A DNA stretch of 63,778 bases, counting the filler, from Octopus bimaculoides (taxonomy: Eukaryota): NCBI RefSeq assembly GCF_001194135.2. It is 8 parts of 8 records of this genome, joined end to end, with 100 filler letters (N's around TTAATTAATTAA, not from the genome) between each part and the next. Parts side by side here need not be neighbours in the genome. Positions count along the whole stretch, not along the records: positions 1 to 27,846 come from NC_068991.1; positions 27,947 to 37,756 come from NW_026312935.1; positions 37,857 to 46,034 come from NC_068982.1; 5 more parts are not named here. One strand, given 5' to 3'. Position 1 is the first letter of the stretch, and the number at the start of each line of letters is the position of its first letter. The position numbers were made by a program, and so were the translations under genes. Positions 27,537-39,965 of the stretch are shown piece after piece. The notes under the pieces are model-generated. The model ran no database searches, was not told the origin of the DNA, and worked only from the letters and a program-made list of their open reading frames with translations.

Positions 27537-27846
27537 CATCATCATCATCATCATCGTTTAACGTCCGCTTTCCATGCTAGCATGGGTTGGACGATTTGAC
27601 TGAGGACTGGTGAAACCGGATGGCAACACCAGGCTCCAGTCTGATTTGGCAGAGTTTCTACAGCTGGATGCCCTTCCTAACGCCAACCACTCAGAGAGTG
27701 TAGTGGGTGCTTTTACGTGTCACCCGCACGAAAACGGCCACGCTCGAAATGGTGTCTTTTATGTGCCACCCGCACAAGCCAGTCCAGGGGCACTGGCAAC
27801 GATCTCGCTCGAAAATCCTACAGGAGCCAGTCAGGCGGTACTGGCA
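27537..27846 (-). mobile_element. Young RTE-tail repeat with (GAT)n tail
   Basis: (atc)n-gtttaacgtccgctttccatgctagcatgggttggacg; CpG-rich, nearly identical to 19340-19508 in inverse orientation. Confidence 0.85.
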
Positions 27847-27890
27847 NNNNNNNNNNNNNNNNNNNNNNNNNNNNNNNNNNNNNNNNNNNN

Positions 27891-27902
27891 TTAATTAATT
27901 AA
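27891..27902. other. Artificial scaffold-join spacer N44-TTAATTAATTAA-N44
   Basis: Identical 12-mer between N runs also at 37801, 46079, 48944, 56651, 59870 and 62375; it gives stop codons in all six frames. Confidence 0.95.
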
Positions 27903-28853
27903 NNNNNNNNNNNNNNNNNNNNNNNNNNNNNNNNNNNNNNNNNNNNTATATATATATATATATATATGCACACACGTTCATATATGTTTGTATATGTGGA
28001 CAGGTAATATACGTACGACTATTTCTATTGTATGTGTATTTGGAGGTAAGAAGGCAGCATTCCATATGATGTTATGACGAGTAGATTGGTGGGGGTGGAT
28101 GTCTAAATATGTAGCCGATACCTTGTCTAGCTGAAGGTCAACTTTGTAAAAATAGGGTAACGAACAACAGCGTTCCCGCCATCAACATTCCCTCCGGTTT
28201 TCATGCATAGTGTATCTAGGGCTACATTATACAATTTCTAATTCCATGTCTTTTTCGGTAGGATGGGATTTGAGGAAGGCTTGGTTGGTATTTCAAGCAA
28301 GGGAGAGGGCCACGTAGTGCAGTCTCTAGCAGGACTTCCTGAATGGCACGCTTACAAAAAATGACCTTGAATTTTTTCTTTCGTTGTGCGGCCCACCTAA
28401 TTATGACTCATGCGCCCCGCGTCTCGAAATAAGCTATTTATTCCTAATTTAGGGACTCCTTCGTTGGTTTGTAGGTACACTGTAGTAGGGATGGAGGCAT
28501 TGATGGGAATGACGTATTCTCACACACATACAGAGTTAATCGTGGGCCGATAGCTTCGTACCAAGGCACGTGTCAGACTGAGAAACTTAAAACCCAAGTG
28601 ACTATTGTGAGATTCTTGAGGAAAGCAAATAGAACGTTCTAGAAAATGTTACGAGACAACAGTTTATACATTAGAAACCTCACTGGTGGAATTCGTTGTG
28701 GATGTACGTTGGATTATGTGTATATGTGAACGTACACGTGCAAACATACACAAGCATAACTGCTTTCAAATAAAAGCACACACACACACAAATAAATGCG
28801 CGCGCGTTAATTCTCTAAATGACAGAAACAATATGTGTGTGTGTGAGTGTGTG

Positions 28854-29870
28854 TATTGGGTCATCTCATAAACAATGCAGCTTTTTTCAATTCCATGAAC
28901 TAAAAGTTAGAGGGGACGGGATAAACTACCTGCATCAACTTGCTATAAGAGCAGGTAATAATTTTACCTTGTACTTCTTCTTCGTGCAAGTTTTGAAGAG
29001 TGTCGTTCGATTTTAACAGTTTTTCTTTCAAAGCTATAATGGAAGTGACAAAGGAGCATATTCAGCATATTTTGCTTTATGAGTTCAATAAAGACAATGC
29101 AACGGAAAGTGCGAGGAATATTAATGCAAGATATGGGCGTCGGACNNNNNNNNNNTATTCAGCATATTTTGCTTTATGAGTTCAATAAAGACAATGCAAC
29201 GGAAAGTGCGAGGAATATTAATGCAAGATATGGGCGTCGGACAATAAGCGCAAGCCAGTGTCAACGGTGGTTCAAGAAATCCCGAGCCGGAAACTACAGC
29301 CTAGAAGACGAACCTCGTCCTGGAAGATCTGTAGAGCTCGACGAGGACGTCGTGCAAACCGTGGTGGAACAAAATCTCATCCTAACTGTTGAGGAACTAG
29401 TAGAGAAGCTTGGATTTGGTCATTCAAATTATCACTAGAAGAAAAATGACCATCTTTGGTTTCAAGACGAAAGGTGTTCTTCCATCAGGATAATGCTCGA
29501 CCACATATAGCGAGGATGACATTCCAAACGCTGGAACAGTTTGAATGGGGAACGACGTCTCACCCACCATATTCGCCGGACATTGTCCCATCTGATTATC
29601 ATTTATTCCACAGTCTTTAAAATTCTTTGGACGGAAAAAATATGAATTCTGTAAATGAGATCAGAACAGTACTGGAGGAGTATTTTTTGTCATGGACAAG
29701 TGAATTTTGGAAGAGGCATCTCGCAAGTCTACCAGAAAGATGGAAGAGCATTGTAGAAAAAGAAGGAGAGTATATTTTAGATTTAAAAAAAAAGAACTTT
29801 GTTTATCTTTGTTCATTTTAGAAAAATAAAAGTATACAAAAACCCGTATTATTTATGGGATGACCCAATA
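28854..29870 (+). mobile_element. Mariner (Mos1/SETMAR-like) DNA transposon, internally deleted and non-autonomous
   Basis: TIRs TA-TTGGGTCATC(T/C)CATAAA(C/T)AAT at both ends. ATG at 29039: MEVTKEHIQHILLYEF..ARNIN..CQRWFKK..LEDEPRPGR (HTH); later HQDNARPH and HPPYSPDIVPSDYHLF. Linker and first catalytic Asp region missing; a 10-N gap duplicates about 85 bp. Confidence 0.92.
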
Positions 29871-29914
29871 CATATACGCACACACATATACATACACAAA
29901 CACGCACTCACACA

Positions 29915-30408
29915 TAGATGCACCTCAGACTATCCGAGAAGTGATGGTGAGGCACTTCTAGATGAATTACAAAGAGTGAGGGACTTGAAATTTCTATAGT
30001 CACCAGTTTAGTTCATTGCGCAACCACAGATGTTGTGTGTACCGTATGTTTACATGCGTTATTCACACTGCACTTGTTAGTGACAATACCAAAATCTTGA
30101 GAGTCCGCCGACACCTCTGGTTATTTAGCCTAAAATTGCTTTTAGCTATGGCTACAAGTAAGAGAACCAAGAGCAGAAGAGGTTGTGTCAAATGTAAGCA
30201 CCAATCCAACTCAAACCAAGATAAAGGAGTAGAACTGTCGAAAAAAAATGGACTGTAGTGTTTCGGTACGTAAGCTGTGTTATGTCTATGGCATTGGTTC
30301 CTCTATTGCTTATAGCAATGAGAAGCAACGGGACAAAATTTAAAGTTTTATTGCGTGACCACATATGATATAGGAACCCAGGGTACCGGAAAATCGGTGG
30401 TGCACCTA
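29915..30408 (+). mobile_element. Tigger/pogo-like internally deleted element
   Basis: Imperfect TIRs tagatgcacctcagactatccg versus taggtgcaccaccgattttccg (17/22). Frameshifted KHQS..DKGVEL..KMDCSVSVRKLCYVYGIGSSIAY..KQRDKI resembles the CENP-B/Jerky N-terminal HTH. Confidence 0.65.
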
Positions 30409-30649
30409 CACATAGACAATCCGAAATGGCAGAATCGTAAGAGCATGCGGTACGAAATGCCTTGTGGCATTTATTCTAGTGTTTTGCATTCTGAGTTCAA
30501 ATTCCACAGAGGACAAGTTTGTCTTTCATCCTTTATAACCTGAACATCACCATGGAATATATACATTCGCTTCAGCATATGCATGCTCATGCGTATATAG
30601 GTGTGTGTATGCGCATCAACATCAGTCGTCAAGCGATGATGGGGGACAA

Positions 30650-30691
<42 letters not shown>

Positions 30692-31185
30692 GCAACGGAT
30701 ATATCGTGTGACAACTGGTTAGCATCTGAAAATGCACCGTTCTTTAAAATTTCAACGGTACATAATTATGCTACAAATCTTGTGTGAATTATCACAAATA
30801 ATAATTTATATGCAACGTGATTTGAAGTGGAATGGTGCAGAAACGATCGTAACCAATATTAAACTTTTACTATACTGATATCTTCATCTTTTAAAAATAT
30901 ATATTTAATTCTACCATAGATATGCATCCTGGGATATCCTGCTCCTATGCACTACATTTTATAGAATCGTAACATTAAATACAAGTTTTAAGGTATAGAT
31001 AACCGGGAATTCGTATGGAGTGCCGTATAAAGAATACGCTGAGAGATTATCAAATCCAAACTCCCGTTACTTTTCCAGCTTCAAAATCCACGTTACACTA
31101 CATTCGTTATTATTAGTTTCTTTTTTGAGTCTTCTGCAATCGCCATTGTTACTTAAGTATCTTAACTCCACTATTATTATTATTT

Positions 31186-31945
31186 AAGGCGGCGAGTTGG
31201 CAGAATCGTTAGCAAGCTTAACGGTAATCAACTATCTCCTTACCCCCAAATTTCAGGTCATGTGCTTTTAGTAGAAAGGATTATTATTATTATCATCATT
31301 ATTATTACTATTATTATTATTATAGCGGGAACTCACAGAATCGTTAGCACGCTGGACAAAATGCATAGCGGCATTTGGTCCGTCCTTACATTCTGAGTTC
31401 AAATTCCGCTGAGGTCGACTTTGCCATTCATCCTTTCGGGGTCGATAAATTAAGTACCAGTGAAACACTGGGGTCGATGTAATCGACTAGTCCCCTCCTC
31501 CCAAATTTCAGGTCTTATGCCTTTAGTAGAAAGGATTATTATTGTTATCGGTATTTCGTCCGTCTTTGCGTTCTGAGTTCAAATTCCGCCGAGGTCGACC
31601 TTGTATTTCTTTCATTTGGGGTCGATATATTAATTATCAATCAAATACTGGGGTCAATTTAATCGACTTACCCCTTCCCCCCAAATTGCAAGCCTTGTTC
31701 CTATAGTAGAAAGGATTATTATTATTCATATTGAGAAGGTGGTGAGATGGCAGAATCTTTAGCGCGTCGGAAAAAATGCTAAACGGTATTTCTTCCGGTT
31801 TTTTACGGTGAATTCGAATTCCGTCGAGATCGACTTTGCTTTCCATCCTTCCATGATCAATAAAATGAAGTACTAGTCAAATACTAGGGTTCAATGTAAT
31901 CGACTCACCTCTCTCCACCAGAAATATTGACCTTGCACCAAATGT
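31186..31945 (+). mobile_element. Head-to-tail array of four tRNA-derived SINEs (family A)
   Basis: Repeated ggcgagttggcagaatcgttagc / ctgagttcaaattccgccgaggtcgactttgcc / ggggtcgatgtaatcgact / tagtagaaaggattatt units separated by (ATT)n. Confidence 0.88.
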
Positions 31946-31959
31946 TTTGAACCCAGAAT

Positions 31960-32780
31960 TATTATGAGAGAAACTCTAAAAGTCGACAAGAACGAACTAC
32001 CTAACCTGTTTCGGAAGATTTTTGAGCTGGGAACTATTATGGATAACTTCTAGAAATCCTTAGACTGGCAATGCTACCGAGTGGCATGGTTGGCTTGAGA
32101 TAAAATCTGCAAGCATGGAAGCGCCGTCAGCCGGGTTTGCCCGAAATGCGCACACAGCGACAAAACTATTCTGCACGCATTCGTCCAGTGTCCAAGCATT
32201 GCTGAGTTGTGAGTTTACGTCGAACACTTGCTGAGGGATCCGGTTATCAGCCGAGACCCGCCGCCTTCGTCTTCGAAGATCGTCATACCTCCTCTCTTTG
32301 GTCGGGAAGGACAGGCAGTATTAATATGGCGACCTTAGTGATAGAGGTTGTGTGGGGGACCAGATTGAAAGGGTTGAAGACAGAAACCTTCACTCTTGGG
32401 CCAAGCTCTCATCGATTTTTTTCAAGTTTCTTTGGACAGGAAAATGAGGTTAGAAAGCCAAGTGCTGCCTTGCAGCAAATTTGTTGAAATGTGGGTGAAT
32501 GTGACTAGGACGGTAGGCATAAGTCTATAGATTGACGGAAGAGTATGAGAAAAGGGCACTAGCCTTAGTGATCGGGTCGACCGTGATTTTTGGAGTTTCT
32601 ACGAGTAACCCAAGGAAGTCTTCCTCTTTTGAGGAATTATTCATTATTGAAATTCTATTGTTTGCTACTCTTTATACACTCTCCTTTATGTAACCCGATA
32701 TTGGGATCTTTTTTAAAACGGGGGCCACATTTTTCATTAATGTTTTACGTAGTGTTTTTGGTACCGAAAGACTTTCAAAC
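31960..32780 (+). mobile_element. 5'-truncated 3' end of a Tx1/L1-clade LINE (zinc knuckle and 3' UTR)
   Basis: KSLDWQCYR..DKICKH..VCPKCAHSDKTILHAFVQCPSIAEL (CX2C..HX4C). The start overlaps the motif FQKSLAWQRYR..RDKLYR at the end of the 42490-45150 element. Confidence 0.8.
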
Positions 32781-33554
32781 TTCGTATACTTATCTATTTT
32801 GTGTTATAGAACAGAAAAATATTTTTGTATTCGAATTTATTTCATGTAAAAAATTGTCTTATTTCGATAATTTCAACCAATCACTGACAAGTATTCAGTT
32901 GTTTATATTTACTCCTTTGGCTGATTAAGCCATAGCTTCGTTTTATTTGCNNNNNNNNNNNNNNNNNNNNNNNNNNNNNNNNNNNNNNNNNNNNNNNNNN
33001 NNNNNNNNNNNNNNNNNNNNNNNNNNNNNNNNNNNNNNNNNNNNNNNNNNNNNNNNNNNNNNNNNNNNNNNNNNNNNNNNNNNNNNNNNNNNNNNNNNNN
33101 NNNNNNNNNNNNNNNNNNNNNNNNNNNNNNNNNNNNNNNNNNNNNNNNNNNNNNNNNNNNNNNNNNNNNNNNNNNNNNNNNNNNNNNNNNNNNNNNNNNN
33201 NNNNNNNNNNNNNNNNNNNNNNNNNNNNNNNNNNNNNNNNNNNNNNNNNNNNNNNNNNNNNNNNNNNNNNNNNNNNNNNNNNNNNNNNNNNNNNNNNNNN
33301 NNNNNNNNNNNNNNNNNNNNNNNNNNNNNNNNNNNNNNNNNNNNNNNNNNNNNNNNNNNNNNNNNNNNNNNNNNNNNNNNNNNNNNNNNNNNNNNNNNNN
33401 NNNNNNNNNNNNNNNNNNNNNNNNNNNNNNNNNNNNNNNNNNNNNNNNNNNNNNNNNNNNNNNNNNNNNNNNNNNNNNNNNNNNNNNNNNNNNNNNNNNN
33501 NNNNNNNNNNNNNNNNNNNNNNNNNNNNNNNNNNNNNNNNNNNNNNNNNNNNNN

Positions 33555-33895
33555 CGGGGTTGATTAAATAAATACCAGTTACGCACTGGGGTCGATATAA
33601 TCGACTTAATCCCTGTCTGTCCTTGTTTGTCCCCTCTATGTTTAGCCCCTTGTGGGTAGTAAAGAAGAAAAAAAAATCATTATTATTATTAAGGCAGCGA
33701 GCTGGCAGAAATCGTTACTTTGTGCCTTTAGTAGAAAGGATTGTCGATGCATTCCGAGTTCAAATTCCGCCGGGGTCGACTTTCGGAGTCGATAAAATAA
33801 GTATCAGTGAAACACTAGGGTCGATGTAATCGACTAGCCCCCTCCGCACAAATTTCAGGCCTCGTGCCTATAGTAGAAAGGATTATTATTGTTGT
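33555..33895 (+). mobile_element. Two tandem family A SINE pieces
   Basis: ggggttgattaaataaataccag..cgacttaatccctgtctgtccttgtttgtcccctc followed by aaggcagcgagctggcagaaatcgtt..tagtagaaaggattatt. Confidence 0.8.
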
Positions 33896-35113
33896 TGTTA
33901 CATGGAGAAAGAGAGAGCACGAACGAGATAGAAACCGACTTAGACAGACGTTTAACGAGACAATACTGCCTGCTTAAGACAGGCAAGCTGACATACAAGC
34001 CAACTGACAGTCAGAGAGAGAGAGAGAGAGAGATAGGTAATAGAGAGAGGGGTAACATAGAAAGAGAGAGAGCGGGAGGGGGTAAGAAAGAAAGACGGAG
34101 AGAGAGGGAGAGAGACAGAGAGAGTTAGTACATAATACGTTAGTCCTTAGCAGTGAATTACATAGCCTCAACGCCCGATAACTTGCCTCTTTCTGGCATG
34201 CAGCCAAACTTGCAAGGATTAGCTTTTTTTGGCAACGATTTAACGTCTGTTTTACGTTTGCTTGTTTGTTTGTTGGTTTATATATTTATTACTTTGCTTT
34301 CTTTTATTTTACTGCTTTTATCATTTTTTTTTCAGTGTATCTGTGTTTTTATTGTTTAGTTCTTTCGTTACTTTTTTTTTTTTATCTAATTTCTTATATA
34401 TCTTTGTTTACCTCACCACCCATCCACCCCCGCAACCACATTCAATCTTTCTTTGCTACCAATCTCCCCATCATCATTGCAACCTCTCCACCACCACCAC
34501 CACCACCACNNNNNNNNNNNNNNNNNNNNNNNNNNNNNNNNNNNNNNNNNNNNNNNNNNNNNNNNNNNNNNNNNNNNNNNNNNNNNNNNNNNNNNNNNNN
34601 NNNNNNNNNNNNNNNNNNNNNNNNNNNNNNNNNNNNNNNNNNNNNNNNNNNNNNNNNNNNNNNNNNNNNNNNNNNNNNNNNNNNNNNNNNNNNNNNNNNN
34701 NNNNNNNNNNNNNNNNNNNNNNNNNNNNNNNNNNNNNNNNNNNNNNNNNNNNNNNNNNNNNNNNNNNNNNNNNNNNNNNNNNNNNNNNNNNNNNNNNNNN
34801 NNNNNNNNNNNNNNNNNNNNNNNNNNNNNNNNNNNNNNNNNNNNNNNNNNNNNNNNNNNNNNNNNNNNNNNNNNNNNNNNNNNNNNNNNNNNNNNNNNNN
34901 NNNNNNNNNNNNNNNNNNNNNNNNNNNNNNNNNNNNNNNNNNNNNNNNNNNNNNNNNNNNNNNNNNNNNNNNNNNNNNNNNNNNNNNNNNNNNNNNNNNN
35001 NNNNNNNNNNNNNNNNNNNNNNNNNNNNNNNNNNNNNNNNNNNNNNNNNNNNNNNNNNNNNNNNNNNNNNNNNNNNNNNNNNNNNNNNNNNNNNNNNNNN
35101 NNNNNNNNNNNNN

Positions 35114-35292
35114 ACACACACACATATATATATATATACACACACACACACATATACGACGGGCTTCTTTCAGTTTCCGTCTACCAAATCCACTCACAAG
35201 GCTTTGGTCGGCCCGAGGCTAATAGTAGAAGACACTTGCCCAAGGTGCCACGCAGTGGGACTGAACCCGGAACCATGTGGTTGGTAAGCAAG
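35114..35292 (-). mobile_element. tRNA-derived SINE family B, 5' half
   Basis: Reverse complement of 15850-16020. Confidence 0.8.
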
Positions 35293-35299
35293 CTATACC

Positions 35300-35660
35300 A
35301 TCCACTTTATCAAAATTCAGGACCAGGTACTGCAATAGCCTAGGGTTCAAAGACCAACAGCTCTTTAATGCCCTGCCACAAGAATATAGAAATCTGCATA
35401 AGGTGGGAATAGGTGTCTTCAAAAAAGAACCAGACACCCTCCTCTCCACAATACCGGATGAGCCAACGACCCGACATGAAGTATAGACGAGGGCAGCGGA
35501 ATCAAACTCCCTTATATACCAAATGGACCAATAGCTGAGACAAATGTACATACAGGAGTAGTGATGCGAAACACCCCAGACTGATGAAATCAACAAAACC
35601 ACGGTGGTATTCCAGCATGACTGCAGCCGCGGCCGAAACTTCGAAGTTGCTGTCAACCTT
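35300..35660 (+). mobile_element. 3' end of a CR1/L2-group LINE with 3' UTR
   Basis: RYCNSLGFKDQQLFNALPQEYRNLHKVGIGVFKKEPDTLLSTIPDEP..*TRAAESNSLIYQ, a typical C-terminus for this group. Confidence 0.8.
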
Positions 35661-36214
35661 TTCCTCGTAAAAGCTTAATAAACATTTACTATATAAGAAA
35701 GTATTGAGCAATCCTGTTTAATGTTAAATAGCTTTTTTTTTTAATGTATATCGGCATAACATCAAACGTTAATGTGTGTGTATACACACACACGCACCAC
35801 AGAAAGACAATGAACTAAACAGAAGACACGTGGGATGGAGAGTTGCTGAAGAGGTCACTGGACGTGTGCCGAAAGATTTCAGACAAACAACACTAAAATA
35901 ATAATAATAATAATAATAAGGCTGATGTGAAGAGCAAGTATATAGTGCGTGTGGTTATTTGGCAAAAACTATGACCCTCTGCGCCTATATATATATATAG
36001 TGTGTGTTTAGCGGTAACCTAGCGGTTCGGTGAAAGAGACCGATAGAATAAAGTACTAGGTTTACAAAGAATAAGTCTTGGGGTCGATTTCTTCGACTAA
36101 AACCCTTTAAGGTGGTGCTTCAGCATGGCTGCATTCAAGTGTATGAAATAAGTAAAAGGAAAATGAAATTATATACATATATAATATATAACAACTTCAA
36201 CCAGCTATTCTGAT

Positions 36215-36480
36215 TATATGTCTGTGCACACGTTTGAATGTGGTGTGTGCCAGAGGGCTTGCAAATCCAATGGGGGTCTTAAAAGACATGTTAGGATCCA
36301 CAATGAGCAGGACTTACCTGCAGGTATTGGTAGTACAAATCAGAGGTGCAATCTGTGTGGGTGTTTTTTCAAAACATTGTCTAGTTAAAAAGCCACATCA
36401 GACGCCATGAAAGGGCTAAGGTGTAGGTGCAGGAGGTGGTCAAACTCTGTAAGGAGTAGACAACCACCATATATATATTA
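36215..36480 (+). mobile_element. Frameshifted double C2H2-like finger, probably an RTE-type LINE C-terminus
   Basis: FECGVCQRACKSNGGLKRHVRIH then CNLCGCFFKTLS[frameshift]KSHIRRH; no splice sites; ends in (AT)n. Confidence 0.5.
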
Positions 36481-36804
36481 TATATATATATATATNNNNN
36501 NNNNNNNNNNNNNNNNNNNNNNNNNNNNNNNNNNNNNNNNNNNNNNNNNNNNNNNNNNNNNNNNNNNNNNNNNNNNNNNNNNNNNNNNNNNNNNNNNNNN
36601 NNNNNNNNNNNNNNNNNNNNNNNNNNNNNNNNNNNNNNNNNNNNNNNNNNNNNNNNNNNNNNNNNNNNNNNNNNNNNNNNNNNNNNNNNNNNNNNNNNNN
36701 NNNNNNNNNNNNNNNNNNNNNNNNNNNNNNNNNNNNNNNNNNNNNNNNNNNNNNNNNNNNNNNNNNNNNNNNNNNNNNNNNNNNNNNNNNNNTGAAAATT
36801 TCTT

Positions 36805-36835
<31 letters not shown>

Positions 36836-36837
36836 TA

Positions 36838-37015
36838 CTCAGGAGTAGTTAAGTCGATTATATTGACCTCAGTGTTCCACTGGTGCTGGCTTCATTGACC
36901 CCGAAAAGATGAAAGGCTAAATTGACCTCGGCGGAATTTGAACTCAGAACGTAGAGGCGGACGAAACTACCGCCATGCATTTCACCCGGCGTGCCAACGA
37001 TTCTGCCAGCTCGTC
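36838..37015 (-). mobile_element. Family A SINE
   Basis: Reverse complement of the family A head and core (gacctcggcggaatttgaactcagaacg). Confidence 0.75.
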
Positions 37016-39768
37016 ACAGATATATAAAATTTGTACACCACTTCAAACAATACATACATACATTCATACACACAAACACAAAATTTACAATTATGTACAT
37101 ATTTTCACTTTGTTGCACACGACGCAGTCCTTCCAATTAGTTTCTATGTTATATGCGCGCGCACACGCACACACACACACACGAAGTTAACACCACTTAT
37201 CACATCATTACACAGATGCAGTTCTGCTCATGCAATGAGTGTGTGTGGTGTGGTGTGGTGGTGGTGTCTGTGTGTGTGTATTTGTAATTTACACCTCACA
37301 TCTTCACATAATCTCACACGTGTATGCACGGAGTCCTTCTCAAATACCGTGTGTCAGAGAGAGAGAGAGGATTGTTTGTGTGTGTGTGAGTGTTTTGCAC
37401 CTGGGAAGTTTATTCCAATTGGTGAGGTTTTGATTGGTATGAAAGCCGCAACCATCTGTTTGTTGCGCAGAACAAATTATTCCACAACGAAACCAGTTCC
37501 CATCTGCAACTAACACACACACAATCACACACACACACACAACGTTAGGGTTGTTAAGTGATAAATAACAACAAAATATTTACTAATGAAATAATACTAA
37601 CAGCCGAGTGAAATTGCTTTACGCAAAGCGAATGAAGCGGGGTGAGGGTTTCACTATCAATTCAAGCTTTGCTGTCTCGCAGCTACGGCACCTTCTCCAG
37701 TGGCAACTTGGTTTTGTCAGCTATCAGTCCAAGATCCGCTGCTCGTTAGGCTGAGANNNNNNNNNNNNNNNNNNNNNNNNNNNNNNNNNNNNNNNNNNNN
37801 TTAATTAATTAANNNNNNNNNNNNNNNNNNNNNNNNNNNNNNNNNNNNNNNNNNNNTTGTTGCATACATATTTAAATATCTATTGTAAAATAGGAAATAG
37901 AGAATAGGAGATTGTGACAAAAATACGTCAGTTCTGCATCTTAAGAAAAGTCACTAGGGGAAAATATTGAATCAATTAAATTGCGAATCAGACCTCACGA
38001 TGACAGCTAATTGTAAGATGACTTCCATTACTTTCATATATTCTGGAACAAGAGGTGAGCAAAAATATAGGTTTATTGATATACACATCTTCAGCGCATA
38101 TTCATCCACACATACATGTTTAAAAGTTGTAAAAGTGGAAAATTGCCTTATGCATATATATATTCTTCTGATCCAGGAATAGTGGATTATGATTAGAGCA
38201 GAGATATTTGTTGAATGACTTGTGAAAAGATATTCCATAAACTGTATGAGTAGAGAAATTTGATGAATTGTTTGGTCAATGGTATGTAGGTTTTTTTTCC
38301 AGTAACATAATGAGCATATATCCATATGATCCATATGTTTTTTTTATCCCTAAATAACATGATGTCCCTTTCTCATAATGACTGAAAATCAGACTTCGGC
38401 AAGACAATGTTCCTCCAAATTTTACTAATATTATTGTATAACTTATGTAGTTGAAAACTTTCCAGAAGATATACCGAGATATGAGATCCAATTGAATAGT
38501 TAGTTATAACTTCAGATCTAGCGACTTCTGATTTGTTCTTGTCGATTTCTTTGAAGTCAATATTCTAGCTGAAGTCGCTCAAGATACTCAAGACACTCAA
38601 AGCATTAAAAGAATCAATCATATTCATTTGTATTAATATTCCTACTGAAGCCATTGTATGTTTCAAATTTCTCATATTCAATGAAGTTTAAATGTAGTTT
38701 CTGAAACCCCATTTTCAGTCTTTTGTTCATTTTGGATTTTTAAATATAACGCATGAAATTTTATTAAAAATCATATTGATCAGATCCGTCTTCCTCTCTT
38801 AACTTCAACTACACGGTGGTTCAGCATTTAAGAAGATATTTGTGGTTTTAAGATAAACAAATGCTTTAATTAAAAAGACTTCTCGGTGTCTCATGGTCCA
38901 GGCGGACAAAATACAAAAAGCGTTTCCCTGGAGGATGTCAGGAGAAACGCGCTGGAACTGCTACTCCGACTCATGGAGCTCGCACCCCGCAGATAACCAT
39001 CCGACACTAGTGTGCGAGGACGCATTCCGGGGGCCAAGAACGCTAGAGGTCTCCAATCTCACAGGCGCAACCACAAATCTGTCACAGAGCGTCGATACTC
39101 AAACATTTCCCCTTCTCGGCAACATGAACAACGAAGTCTAAGCTGGTAGCTGTAAACGTCTCACGTCAATTTTCTTTTTACGGAAACTAAATTCCCTAAA
39201 ATACATGAGGCATATAAGCTTGCATGCAGATGCAATTTATAAAAAAATACTAACTGCTCTCAAAATGTATCTGTAATAATTTTGAAAGCTGATATTGTAA
39301 TTATGAATATAATAGCTTTGAAGATATCACAGTACCTGGAAAACATCCAAGACACATGTGATAGAAAACAATGTTTAGGGAAGAATTCTAATAATGGCAT
39401 ATACATTTATATGTTTTATTATATTACGCTTAAAAAATACCAAATTCCTTATTCATTGGTGGGAACGAGTTATAGTAATAACAACTTTTAACATACACAC
39501 TACATCTCACATTTCGGGAGAAAATATAGGCGATTACTCTCATCCCTATCATCGGACAGCTGCTTATTTATCGACTCCCGAGTGAATGAAAGCAGAGTTA
39601 ACCGAGAATGGATTGAAACATGGACACCAAAAACTTGACCTTTTCTACCAAAGCACCTCCGTTAAAACTATTTATATCATTAAATGTGATAGCACTGATA
39701 ACATCGACACTCGTTGCTATTCTTGTAGGTGTTGCAATATTGAGTTAATACTAATATTTAGTTAAAGC

Positions 39769-39965
39769 AAGGCGGTGAACTGGCAGAATCGTTAGCATGT
39801 CGGGTAAAATGCTTTTCGTCTGTCTTTAGGCTCTGAGTTCAAATTCCTTCGAGGTTGATTTTTGCCTGTCTTCCCTTCGGGCTCGATAAAATAAGTACCA
39901 GTGAAGTACTGGGATCGATGTAATCGACTTATTTCCTCCCCTGAAATTATTGCCCATGTGCCAAA
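39769..39965 (+). mobile_element. Family A SINE (diverged)
   Basis: aaggcggtgaactggcagaatcgttagc..ctgagttcaaattcc..gataaaataagtaccag. Confidence 0.75.

Noticed and set aside
27891-27902. Recurring TTAATTAATTAA motif (7 copies)
   Set aside because: Always centred in a 100-bp N spacer; an assembly join marker, not biology.
31186-31230. tRNA-like A/B-box sequences
   Set aside because: They are SINE heads with no cloverleaf or anticodon arm; not called as tRNA genes.
36230-36415. Host C2H2 zinc-finger gene
   Set aside because: Frameshift in finger 2, no TGEKP linker, no splice sites; better explained as a LINE C-terminus.
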